IMG/VR virus record: IMGVR_UViG_3300040971_000045
Coordinates: 1-30,040 of that record
DNA from: a virus
Taxonomy: Duplodnaviria > Caudoviricetes
DNA length: 30,040 bases
Strand: one strand, 5' to 3'
The notes under the pieces were generated by a model. It did no database searches. It was not told the DNA's origin and worked only from the letters and a program-made list of their open reading frames with translations. Both the position numbers and the translations under genes were made by a program. This document shows positions 6,721 through 14,504 of this stretch, in pieces (the first letter of the stretch is position 1; every line of letters starts with the position of its first letter).

Positions 6721-6996
6721 TTAATTATTTAATCTTTTGTTAATAATGCTCTTTCTATTTCTACAATTTGCGCATATTACAAATCCATCATTGTGACCGT
6801 TTTCATCTGTATTTTCAGACCATACAAAAAATTTATGTTTACAATAAGCTTTATCTGGAAACATATCCTCATTATAAAACTGATACTTTGATTTTTTGTA
6901 ATCAGTGAACCACGAAAGAGTTTTTCCTACTTTAACGCATAACATTTTTCTTTTGAATTTAGCGTAATAATAATATTTTCCTATTTCTATTTTCAT
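6721..6996 (-). CDS. Hypothetical protein with C-terminal CxH...CxxC
   Basis: ATG 6996 follows the upstream stop. Confidence 0.6.
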   Translation of the reverse strand: MKIEIGKYYYYAKFKRKMLCVKVGKTLSWFTDYKKSKYQFYNEDMFPDKAYCKHKFFVWSENTDENGHNDGFVICANCRNRKSIINKRLNN

Positions 6997-6997
6997 A

Positions 6998-7171
6998 TTA
7001 TTTACCAAAGTATTTTTCTCCTACAAATTTCAAACTTGATGGAGAAAGACCTCTTTTTTTAAGTTCTGTTAGTTTTATATTACCTACTAGTTTCTTTTGA
7101 AAAAACTCTTTTATTTCTTTTTGAGTTTCTTCGGAAAAAGTATTGAGTGGGTATGATTTATCTACTTTCAT
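6998..7171 (-). CDS. 57-aa hypothetical protein
   Basis: MKVDKSYPLNTFSEETQKEIKEFF...; fills the gap. Confidence 0.55.
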   Translation of the reverse strand: MKVDKSYPLNTFSEETQKEIKEFFQKKLVGNIKLTELKKRGLSPSSLKFVGEKYFGK

Positions 7172-7188
7172 ATTGGTTGGTTTAATTA

Positions 7189-7359
7189 TTATAAACTCTG
7201 TTTCCTTGTTATCTTATAAATATTTGACGCAGTTAATGCTTCTACGGAATATTGGCTATCATTCAATGCTAATGTTCCGATATTTTCTACATAAACATAT
7301 TCACCAGTACTTTTAGGCAAAATATCATATGAATATTGCTGTACTCCTTGTGTTGTCAT
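7189..7359 (-). CDS. 56-aa hypothetical protein
   Basis: MTTQGVQQYSYDILPK...; fills the gap. Confidence 0.5.
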   Translation of the reverse strand: MTTQGVQQYSYDILPKSTGEYVYVENIGTLALNDSQYSVEALTASNIYKITRKQSL

Positions 7360-7423
7360 TGTATTTATCTTAATTATTTAACAATCTCATCCTAAGCCAC
7401 TTTTGACTTATTGACTCAGTCTT

Positions 7424-7636
7424 TTATTTAGAAACAATTTTAATTACATTATAATCATCTTTTTTAACACTATTACAATGCCAAGCGTGAACCCCGTCAT
7501 CATCTCTGACAAAATAAATATCATCTTTATCAACAATCGCTTCTAGCTCATATAATATACATCCATTACCTGCTTGCATATCAACTAAGTGAGTATATTT
7601 ATTTTTTGTAAATTTTGATTTCTTCATAAAATCCAT
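7424..7636 (-). CDS. Hypothetical protein
   Basis: ORF track; start may be ATG 7627. Confidence 0.6.
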   Translation of the reverse strand: MDFMKKSKFTKNKYTHLVDMQAGNGCILYELEAIVDKDDIYFVRDDDGVHAWHCNSVKKDDYNVIKIVSK

Positions 7637-7745
7637 CTAATTTAATTAGCTTTGGGATATTTTCAATAATATTACCGATAGTGTTCCTATCCCAATGATA
7701 TGTCCTACCGTCTTTCTTACTTTTTGCTTCTATTCTAAATATCAT
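7599..7745 (-). CDS. 48-aa hypothetical protein
   Basis: MIFRIEAKSKKDGRTYHW... Confidence 0.45.
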   Translation of the reverse strand: MIFRIEAKSKKDGRTYHWDRNTIGNIIENIPKLIKLDGFYEEIKIYKK

Positions 7746-7766
7746 TTTTAATAATTTATTTATTAT

Positions 7767-7882
7767 CCTAAGCCACTTTGAACACTTGAAACTTTAATAG
7801 ATGCGTTCGGGTTTGTTTGTTAGTTTCCATCACGCCCATTCCCCATATCTATTAAAGCTTAAAATGTTCAAAATTACCTAGG
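7767..7882 (-). ncRNA. Long intergenic RNA hairpin with 36-nt arms
   Basis: Arms 7767-7802 and 7847-7882; 29 Watson-Crick plus 5 G-U pairs on the minus strand. Confidence 0.7.
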
Positions 7883-7890
7883 GGAAATTA

Positions 7891-8157
7891 TTATCTATAG
7901 TATTTATTTCTTCCACAAAAAATTCTGATAGCGGAATTTTCGCAAGAAGTAACGGCTTCCTCAACTTTTAAACTAGAAATACAATCTAGCGTGAATTTTC
8001 GGATATTTTCTGTGTTTTCTTTGATACAAATATCTACTTGAGCATCTTCTCGATGGAGTGCTTCATTCTCCTCAGAGATGTTTTTTAATAACCACCCGAA
8101 ACCCCCTACTACCGCTAATATTATTATTATAGTTACTACGCCCATTAAAATTCTCAT
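7891..8157 (-). CDS. Membrane-anchored protein with four Cys
   Basis: N-terminal TM helix. Confidence 0.65.
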   Translation of the reverse strand: MRILMGVVTIIIILAVVGGFGWLLKNISEENEALHREDAQVDICIKENTENIRKFTLDCISSLKVEEAVTSCENSAIRIFCGRNKYYR

Positions 8158-8175
8158 ATTTTTAAACTTATTTAA

Positions 8176-8325
8176 TTAACCATAGGTCTCACCCATAAAT
8201 TCATCCTCATAACAATCAACACATCTTATCTCTTCGAACTCGTCAGAATAACAAATTGTTCCTTTGGGAAGTTCAAATCCACAGTGTCCGCAAATTTCAT
8301 CTTTTTGAGTTATTATTTTTTTCAT
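8176..8325 (-). CDS. 49-aa Zn-finger microprotein
   Basis: CGHC...PKG...CVDC. Confidence 0.6.
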   Translation of the reverse strand: MKKIITQKDEICGHCGFELPKGTICYSDEFEEIRCVDCYEDEFMGETYG

Positions 8326-8330
8326 ATGTT

Positions 8331-8720
8331 TTATTGATACCTAGCAACTGATTGTTCATTTTCTTTTATCCGTATAAATTTGTTAGTTGACCTGATTATT
8401 TGAATCACTGCTTTTTCTAACGCTTGGGCTTTTTTCAACCGGTAATGTTCCTCGCTTCTTTTGCACTCATTCTCAATCTTGTTGTATGGTTTATCTGGGT
8501 CTTTGTCTAAAGCTAACCCGACTACTCCTTGATATTGATATTCAAATTCAGCGATTTTTTCAGTCAGGTTAGCGTAGAGGGTAGAAAGAGTTATCAGTTG
8601 CGAGCTTAATGTCGCAGGATCGTAGTTTCCTTTGTTAGATGAAATGTCGTTTATCACCTCCCAAATCATTGTACTGATAGTTTTTTCCATATTATTCAGG
8701 TTTTTTATATGTGTTAACAC
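8331..8720 (-). CDS. Helical hypothetical protein (possible recombination mediator)
   Basis: Long amphipathic helices next to ERF; start probably ATG 8690; function inferred from position. Confidence 0.5.
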   Translation of the reverse strand: MLTHIKNLNNMEKTISTMIWEVINDISSNKGNYDPATLSSQLITLSTLYANLTEKIAEFEYQYQGVVGLALDKDPDKPYNKIENECKRSEEHYRLKKAQALEKAVIQIIRSTNKFIRIKENEQSVARYQ

Positions 8721-8907
8721 AGATGTACGGTTTTTCTTTCCCCATTAAAATATCTAAGCGAAGATATTTTCCGTCAACTTGTTTTTGGTCTAGCCAAGGT
8801 AAAAACTTGTCTTTGTCGATTGAGATACTCCCTAAAACAAAATCAGGTGCATTATCATTCTTTTGATTAAAATATAGTCCTTCTGCAAATTCTTTTTCTT
8901 GTGCCAT
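8692..8907 (-). CDS. Small beta-rich protein, possible ssDNA-binding protein
   Basis: GLYF...NAPDFVLGSISI pattern; near ERF. Confidence 0.45.
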   Translation of the reverse strand: MAQEKEFAEGLYFNQKNDNAPDFVLGSISIDKDKFLPWLDQKQVDGKYLRLDILMGKEKPYICVNTYKKPE

Positions 8908-8925
8908 AATTTTTAATTTAATTTA

Positions 8926-9030
8926 TTATTCAGTTTCTACTACATCGCAATGTTCTTGGCACGCTGGGCAAATCATATAATCTTCGTCTACAGGTGCAGA
9001 ACAACAATTTGATATATATTCTTTTTCCAT
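8926..9030 (-). CDS. 34-aa Cys-rich microprotein
   Basis: SNCCSAP...ICPACQEHC; start overlaps the ERF stop (TAATG). Confidence 0.6.
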   Translation of the reverse strand: MEKEYISNCCSAPVDEDYMICPACQEHCDVVETE

Positions 9031-9530
9031 TATTTTATTGCGTCTAAACTTTTTATAAAATCCTCTTCGTCTTGAGTCTTTTGTCTGTAAGCAGGGACAT
9101 ATTTCTTTTCAGCTGTATGGACTTTAGGGGTTGAGTAAGCTGGTCGTTCTTTAGTTTCTGATGCTTTATTTCCGTCGTCGTCTTCCTCTTCTAGCCCAAA
9201 CATACACGTTAGGGAATATCTTCGCATATAAGTTAATCCACCACCTATCTTCTGCGGGTCTGTAGCGTCCTTGGCAACGATTTCTATGCTTCCAGTGATA
9301 ATTCTACCAGATTTATGTTCTATGCTCGTATGGAGCGTATTTTTGCCTTCTACGACTAAAGGGTATTGCATAAAAATGAAATGATTTTCTCTGCAGTGTT
9401 TTTTAACTATAGGTAAGATAACTTTAAGCGGTACAAACTTAGACTTAAAGAAAGGATTATCCTCTGTCTTTGTAAGTGCTTCAAAACTATCTATGAGTTT
9501 TGTGTAGTCTTCAAAAAATGTTGTCTCCAT
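9030..9530 (-). CDS. erf: ERF-family single-strand annealing protein
   Basis: NPFFKSKF...DPQKIGGGLTYMRRYSL...GL..EDDDGN signature. Confidence 0.9.
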   Translation of the reverse strand: METTFFEDYTKLIDSFEALTKTEDNPFFKSKFVPLKVILPIVKKHCRENHFIFMQYPLVVEGKNTLHTSIEHKSGRIITGSIEIVAKDATDPQKIGGGLTYMRRYSLTCMFGLEEEDDDGNKASETKERPAYSTPKVHTAEKKYVPAYRQKTQDEEDFIKSLDAIK

Positions 9531-9546
9531 AGTATTATTTTAATTA

Positions 9547-9798
9547 TTATAACTCGGTTGATACTTCGTAACTTCCATCTGAATTATCTTTGTAATTGAA
9601 TCCCATTGCTTCCATTCTTTCTTTGATTGGTTTTTCATTAAATTCGTTTACTAAATTTACAGCTTCTTTAATCTTTTCGAATTTTTCATTATCAAACAGT
9701 GAAACATTAGTAGCTATTTGGTTTTCTGACATTCCTAGAAAATCTGCTAAAACTATCAATGCTTTGTAGACTTCTTTAGCTTTTTTTAATTTTTCCAT
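9547..9798 (-). CDS. Hypothetical protein
   Basis: ATG 9798 preferred because the upstream gene ends at 9803. Confidence 0.6.
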   Translation of the reverse strand: MEKLKKAKEVYKALIVLADFLGMSENQIATNVSLFDNEKFEKIKEAVNLVNEFNEKPIKERMEAMGFNYKDNSDGSYEVSTEL

Positions 9799-9802
9799 AT
9801 AG

Positions 9803-9982
9803 TTATTTTTCCATTTCACTTTCTAGTGCAGAGTTTTCTGCTTGGTATTCTGCATCGTTTTCTTCCTTGTCTAAGTCGCGTACTTTCAGTTGATGTCGAG
9901 TTTCTTTCATTCTGTCTAAGTATGCTTGATTCTCGACAATCATATCGTCAAGAATTTCGATTAAAAGTTTTGAATTTTGCAT
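9803..9982 (-). CDS. 59-aa coiled-coil microprotein
   Basis: MQNSKLLIEILDDMIVENQAY... Confidence 0.55.
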   Translation of the reverse strand: MQNSKLLIEILDDMIVENQAYLDRMKETRHQLKVRDLDKEENDAEYQAENSALESEMEK

Positions 9983-9983
9983 A

Positions 9984-10112
9984 TTATTTCTTTAAACTTT
10001 TTAATTCTTCATCTAATATTTTTATCCATTTGTTCACTATGTCTATTCGTTCACTTAAAACATCTATTCTGATACTCATTTGGTCTATAATTTTTAATAC
10101 TTTTTCATCCAT
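9984..10112 (-). CDS. 42-aa coiled-coil microprotein
   Basis: MDEKVLKIIDQMSIRIDVLSERID... Confidence 0.5.
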   Translation of the reverse strand: MDEKVLKIIDQMSIRIDVLSERIDIVNKWIKILDEELKSLKK

Positions 10113-10113
10113 A

Positions 10114-10215
10114 TTATTTTTTTAATTTATAATATTCTACATACTCCCCTAGGGTTTTAAATCTTTTACAAGATAGTTTTAGGTGATACCAAAGTTCTGC
10201 TTTTGTGTAAATCAT
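10114..10215 (-). CDS. 33-aa microprotein
   Basis: MIYTKAELWYHLK...; 1-nt gaps to both neighbours. Confidence 0.45.
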   Translation of the reverse strand: MIYTKAELWYHLKLSCKRFKTLGEYVEYYKLKK

Positions 10216-10216
10216 A

Positions 10217-10813
10217 TTATTTTATAGGTATATTATTAATTATTGCGTTGTTGTATGAACTCCACGCTTGTAATCCTTGTGTGTCGTATATTTTACGAGC
10301 TACTTTTAAATTATTAACTGGGTCTTTCAACCATTCGCAATCATATCCGTGGATTGAATTTATTTGTAGAAGCCCGCAGTCTATACTTTCGTTTCTGTTA
10401 CTTGTGTTTACTGCGTCAGGTCGCATATTTGATTCCCACTTCGCTATGACAAGCATTGTTTCTGCATCTTCTGGAAATGTTTTTCTTATCAGAGACTCGA
10501 CTGAGCTAGTTTCACTTGGAGTGTCTTCGCTCAGTATGGATTTAACATCCGTAGTCTCAGGTTCGAGGTATAAATCAGCTTCCACCAATTTACCCATATC
10601 TTGAACTTGTGCTTGGGCTATCGAAATTGTCGTTGTTTGTCTTAAAAAATAGTTTATGACTAATGCGTTTACGATAATTATTTCTACCAGTAATACGATT
10701 AGCAAAACTTTTATCCATTTTTCCCATTGTGCCATAATTTTTGAATGTACTTTTAATTTTATTCTGAATAATAGGCTGTTTCTCTTTTGGGCAATCTTTT
10801 GTGATACACGCAT
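10217..10813 (-). CDS. Membrane-anchored lytic transglycosylase (SLT/lysozyme-like)
   Basis: IAKWESNMRPDAVN (catalytic Glu), DCGLLQIN, NNLKVARKIY...AW; N-terminal TM helix. Confidence 0.85.
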   Translation of the reverse strand: MRVSQKIAQKRNSLLFRIKLKVHSKIMAQWEKWIKVLLIVLLVEIIIVNALVINYFLRQTTTISIAQAQVQDMGKLVEADLYLEPETTDVKSILSEDTPSETSSVESLIRKTFPEDAETMLVIAKWESNMRPDAVNTSNRNESIDCGLLQINSIHGYDCEWLKDPVNNLKVARKIYDTQGLQAWSSYNNAIINNIPIK

Positions 10814-10842
10814 TATTTGTTAAGTGTTCACCCTGCACTGTT

Positions 10843-11025
10843 TTATTTATTTAACTCTTTTATTTCGTGTCTTTCTGCTTTTAAATTATTTTCGTACACC
10901 ATATAATTCGTTCTGGTGGTTTCTGTATGATTGTAATCTGGGTATATACTTTTTTCAAATATTTTGTATTCTTTTATAAAGTTTCTTAAAAATTCACTTT
11001 TCTGCATATTTGGATGACCGCACAT
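10843..11025 (-). CDS. Hypothetical protein, first gene after a leftward promoter
   Basis: ORF track. Confidence 0.55.
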   Translation of the reverse strand: MCGHPNMQKSEFLRNFIKEYKIFEKSIYPDYNHTETTRTNYMVYENNLKAERHEIKELNK

Positions 11026-11124
11026 AATTTTTTACTTATTTTAATTATCTTTTAGACTTTTACTGGGGAAAGGTCGCTGAGTTAAACTCCTGCTGTTATT
11101 TCCTTTTCTTAATCTTGTAATGTA

Positions 11125-11153
11125 ATTGTAGCATACGGATTAAATCCTGTCAA
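11125..11153 (-). promoter_or_regulatory. Leftward promoter TTGACA-17-TACAAT with extended TG
   Basis: Spacer contains the palindrome GGATT-A-AATCC (11137-11147). Confidence 0.8.
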
Positions 11154-11337
11154 GCCTTGCCTGTTCCTTTTTATCTCTATCCTTATAATAAAGCTCTTTT
11201 ACCCTCTTTTGACTTCGTTTAACTGCTAGAGATATTTCAACAAATGTCGCACCAGCTTCTTTAAGACTTAGTATCTTATCTAGTAAAACAGTGTTTTTAG
11301 TGTCTTTTTGCCCGATAATGTTGTATTTTTTAATCAT
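11140..11337 (-). CDS. Small HTH transcription regulator (Cro/repressor-like)
   Basis: ILSLKEAGATFVEISLAVKRSQKRVKELY resembles a helix-turn-helix; located at the divergence point. Confidence 0.6.
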   Translation of the reverse strand: MIKKYNIIGQKDTKNTVLLDKILSLKEAGATFVEISLAVKRSQKRVKELYYKDRDKKEQARLDRI

Positions 11338-11368
11338 TGCTTTCTTTAATTGATTGCTTAATAATATA

Positions 11369-11397
11369 ATGGTAGCATACTAATATTATTTGTGCAA
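11369..11397 (-). promoter_or_regulatory. Leftward promoter TTGCAC-17-TACCAT with extended TG
   Basis: Back-to-back with the rightward promoter. Confidence 0.65.
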
Positions 11398-11400
11398 GGC

Positions 11401-11429
11401 TTGACAGTACTTATATATTTTGCTAATAT
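11401..11429 (+). promoter_or_regulatory. Rightward promoter TTGACA-17-TAATAT with extended TG
   Basis: ATG 11436 lies 7 nt downstream of the -10, consistent with a leaderless mRNA. Confidence 0.75.
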
Positions 11430-11435
11430 AAATAT

Positions 11436-11645
11436 ATGAAACAATCATTTAAAAACTTAAAGCAAATAGCATACAAATATTATCACAGAGAATTAGGCAA
11501 TGTTTGCATTGACCAAGTTATTATTGATTATCTGAAAGAAAAAGATAAGCTTGATGAAAATATGGAAAACTTCACAAAAGCATTATGGAGTTTTGACAAA
11601 TATATAACAGCGTTAAAAAGAGAAGATTATATTAATAATAACTAA
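11436..11645 (+). CDS. Hypothetical protein, probably leaderless
   Basis: Start coincides with the predicted TSS. Confidence 0.6.
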   Translation: MKQSFKNLKQIAYKYYHRELGNVCIDQVIIDYLKEKDKLDENMENFTKALWSFDKYITALKREDYINNN

Positions 11646-11840
11646 AAAATAAACTTATCACCTAAATAGAAGCTAAAATAATAATTAAATAAAATGACCG
11701 AAATAGAAAAAGAACATTATCAACTTTATGCTGATATTATTGTGGAAAATACAGCTATTGACATAGATGAAAAATAAGAGTACAATTATAGAGTAGATTT
11801 AAAAACATAATAAACATAAAATACGTCTAAGAATATAAGG

Positions 11841-11905
11841 AACGGTTGAGTTTCTTTGCAAATGCCTTTAGACGGGCTATGCAGGGAGACTCTACCGTTT
11901 TTTTT
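11841..11905 (+). terminator. Long-stem intrinsic terminator/attenuator upstream of the replication gene
   Basis: AACGGT/ACCGTT plus a 13-bp stem with G-U pairs, followed by a T8 run. Confidence 0.75.
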
Positions 11906-11926
11906 ATTCAGCGGATAATAAAATAA

Positions 11927-12748
11927 ATGGCAAATCCACAATGGGAAGACGGCTACACTAAAATAGCTACAGAGATATTAGAAAAGTTATACGAAACAGA
12001 TCTAGACGCAATCCCTTTAAGAATAGTTTTATTTATAATTAGAAAAACTTACGGATGGGGGAAAAAGAAAGACAAAATAAGTTTATCCCAATTTGAAAAA
12101 GCACTAAAAAAGGATAGAACCAGTATTTGTAGAAATTTAACTAAATTATCAAATATGAAAATAATAATAAGAATACAAGACGATAAAGGAAACGAATACA
12201 GCCTTAATAAAAACTACGAAGATTGGCAGGTAGTGGCTCCCACGCCACGTGGCTCCCACGACAAGGCAGGTAGTGGCTCCCACGACAATGGGGTAGTGGC
12301 TCCCACGCCACATACAATAGATACTATACAAAAGATAATAAACAATAGAGAAATTTCTCTTTCTTCTAAAATAACAACTGGTGATAAATATGTACCTAAC
12401 TTTAAACCGCCTAGCAAATTTAAGATGGGGAATGCTTACAGGAAAAAAGGGAATGAGTTTGGGTCAATGGTTGTGAGACTAGGTGTGAGATTTAATGAGA
12501 AACATTTGGAAAGATTTAAAGAAGAATATATGGGTGGTTCATTTTCAGTTGATAAGATAGCAAGTCAAGTTAGTATCTGGAAAAAGAACGGAATGGTGGA
12601 AGAAGATTTTGTTGGGGTAATAGATATGTATTTTAAAAGTAAAAAAGCAGATGAGTTGGTAGTTACTTTGAACGCTTGTTTCTCAGACCATTCTATAATG
12701 GCGTGGAAGCAAGGAAAGACTGGAATAAAAAAACAAGGCACTTGGTAA
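11927..12748 (+). CDS. Phage replication initiator (lambda O-like)
   Basis: MANPQWEDGYTKIA...IIRKTYGWGKKKDKISLSQF Phage_rep_O-type N-terminus; internal iterons. Confidence 0.9.
   Translation: MANPQWEDGYTKIATEILEKLYETDLDAIPLRIVLFIIRKTYGWGKKKDKISLSQFEKALKKDRTSICRNLTKLSNMKIIIRIQDDKGNEYSLNKNYEDWQVVAPTPRGSHDKAGSGSHDNGVVAPTPHTIDTIQKIINNREISLSSKITTGDKYVPNFKPPSKFKMGNAYRKKGNEFGSMVVRLGVRFNEKHLERFKEEYMGGSFSVDKIASQVSIWKKNGMVEEDFVGVIDMYFKSKKADELVVTLNACFSDHSIMAWKQGKTGIKKQGTW
12233..12307 (+). repeat. Four iterons GTGGCTCCCACG (putative origin)
   Basis: Copies start at 12233, 12249, 12273 and 12296, followed by an AT-rich tract. Confidence 0.85.
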
Positions 12749-12765
12749 TAAATTAAATTAAAAAT

Positions 12766-12942
12766 ATGAAAAAACAAGAAGAAAAAAAATATTATGTAGC
12801 TTTTGGTAAAGACGGTATTAATTATATGTTAAGCCAAGAGGAGTTTCAATCTTTGATGATAGGAAAAGAAAGATTTGTATTTTTATGGGAAGATAAAATT
12901 TGGATAACTGAAGATTATATTATAAAAATTGAAGAATACTAA
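12766..12942 (+). CDS. 58-aa hypothetical protein
   Basis: MKKQEEKKYYVAFGKDG...; fills the gap between initiator and helicase. Confidence 0.55.
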   Translation: MKKQEEKKYYVAFGKDGINYMLSQEEFQSLMIGKERFVFLWEDKIWITEDYIIKIEEY

Positions 12943-12946
12943 TTAT

Positions 12947-13885
12947 ATGGAAAATAAAATTAGACAACTAGCTAAACAAAAAGGACAAGACTTTGAAGAA
13001 TTGGATTTTTTGGTTAAAGCTTATATGAAACATTATAGTGTTGATGAGCAAGAAGCATATGACCACTTTGACAAAGGTGATATAAAAATAATTCATCTAT
13101 CTGAAATCGCTGAAAAACAAGGAAAAGTTGAATTAGTAAAAACTGGACTTGGTTTTCTAGATGATGCAATGGGTGGTGGAATAACAAAAGGAGGTTCAAT
13201 GGTTGTGGCGGCTATGGCAGGAGAAGGAAAAACAACTTTTATGCAATCAGTATCCTATCACTTTGCAAAACAGAATGTACCGTGCCTGTGGTTTTCGTAT
13301 GAGGAAAATATAAATGCAATTTGGGATAGATTTAAAAAAATGGGGCTGACTGATAAGCATTTGATGTTTGCTCCGATGGACTTAGAAGATAATAAAATAG
13401 ACTACATCGAGAGAGCTATTAAGAAATATAAAAGAGAACACGAATTTTTTGTAGTATTCATTGACCAACTATCCAATATCGCGCCAAAGATTGATGGAAA
13501 GACTAATGTTGAAAACCTAAGTAAAAATTTTGCACTATATTTAGGAATAATGTCGACACAACTAAAAGAGGTCGCTATGAAATATGGGATAATTGTTGTG
13601 ATTGCTCATCAGTTAGGCCGTTCTGGTGAATTAGCTTACTCGGATATGGTAAGGCACGCACCAGACAAAGTTATTTTCTTAGAGCGAGAACACGCCGCAG
13701 GTGGTGGTCAAGATAAATTCACGGATAAGACTTTTATGAAAATGAATAAAAATCGACCGATAGGCACAGCTCCCATAGTTCCGATGCGAGTAATAAAAAA
13801 TAGATTTGTGCATCACGATTCAAACGATTTCATTGAAGACGCCAGAGAAATGATGAATAAAAAAATAACTCTTAATATAAAATAA
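12947..13885 (+). CDS. DnaB-like (RecA-fold) replicative helicase
   Basis: Walker A AAMAGEGKTT, FSYEE, Walker B VFIDQL, IAHQL, KNR arginine finger. Confidence 0.85.
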   Translation: MENKIRQLAKQKGQDFEELDFLVKAYMKHYSVDEQEAYDHFDKGDIKIIHLSEIAEKQGKVELVKTGLGFLDDAMGGGITKGGSMVVAAMAGEGKTTFMQSVSYHFAKQNVPCLWFSYEENINAIWDRFKKMGLTDKHLMFAPMDLEDNKIDYIERAIKKYKREHEFFVVFIDQLSNIAPKIDGKTNVENLSKNFALYLGIMSTQLKEVAMKYGIIVVIAHQLGRSGELAYSDMVRHAPDKVIFLEREHAAGGGQDKFTDKTFMKMNKNRPIGTAPIVPMRVIKNRFVHHDSNDFIEDAREMMNKKITLNIK

Positions 13886-13886
13886 T

Positions 13887-14102
13887 ATGCGAACAAAAAA
13901 TGTTTATGTGTATACCGATAATTCAAAGAATGATTTCTATTTTAGACAGGCTGATATTAAAACAAGGGGTATAGACCAAAGAGATGTTTTTACAGCAGTT
14001 GATTTAAAACACGTTGAAGAATCTGATTTAGGTGTTGGTCTACACGGATGGGATAGAGTTAGAGTAGTTGATGCTAACGGTTATGAAAAAATATATGACT
14101 AA
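13887..14102 (+). CDS. Hypothetical protein
   Basis: Operon packing. Confidence 0.55.
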   Translation: MRTKNVYVYTDNSKNDFYFRQADIKTRGIDQRDVFTAVDLKHVEESDLGVGLHGWDRVRVVDANGYEKIYD

Positions 14103-14274
14103 AGAACAACAAAAAGCTCTACTCTTTCAAGAATTTCTCAAAACAAGCGATAGAACTATCCAAAAACAGATAATGGCAGAAATAAAAAAAATAGAAAAAG
14201 AAATATCTAAACCAAAGTTTGGAGATGTGTCTAAACCCACTAATAAACAAAAAGACCTTGAGTTGTATGGTTAA
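14095..14274 (+). CDS. Hypothetical protein
   Basis: ATG 14095 overlaps the end of the upstream gene. Confidence 0.55.
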   Translation: MTKEQQKALLFQEFLKTSDRTIQKQIMAEIKKIEKEISKPKFGDVSKPTNKQKDLELYG

Positions 14275-14294
14275 TTTAATAAATAATAACTAAT

Positions 14295-14453
14295 ATGATT
14301 AGATACATTTGCCCAGAAGGCTATCTTGAGAAAAAACTGAGGGAGGCTAAAACTGAGAGGGAGAGAGAAATCGTGTCTTGGATAGATTTAGATTGGAACG
14401 CTAAGGCTACTGTGGGGCTAGAATTTGACCTACAAGCTTGGTTAGAGCAATAA
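14295..14453 (+). CDS. 52-aa hypothetical protein
   Basis: MIRYICPEGYLEKKL... Confidence 0.5.
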   Translation: MIRYICPEGYLEKKLREAKTEREREIVSWIDLDWNAKATVGLEFDLQAWLEQ

Positions 14454-14504
14454 ACACCCATTGTACAGCCTAGAGCAATTTTAACTCGTAGAAACGCAAA
14501 ACAA

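Noticed and set aside
7767-7882. Integron attC site or MITE
   Set aside because: No RYYYAAC/GTTRRRY ends or target duplication; the strand-specific G-U pattern favours an RNA structure
5145-10604. Plus-strand ORFs overlapping the early operon (e.g. 5145-5546, 9826-10125, 10203-10604)
   Set aside because: Antisense shadows of a fully tiled minus-strand operon; Phe/Ser/Leu-rich composition
12225-12310. CRISPR mini-array
   Set aside because: The repeat core is 12 nt with 4-12 nt gaps inside a coding gene; iterons explain it better
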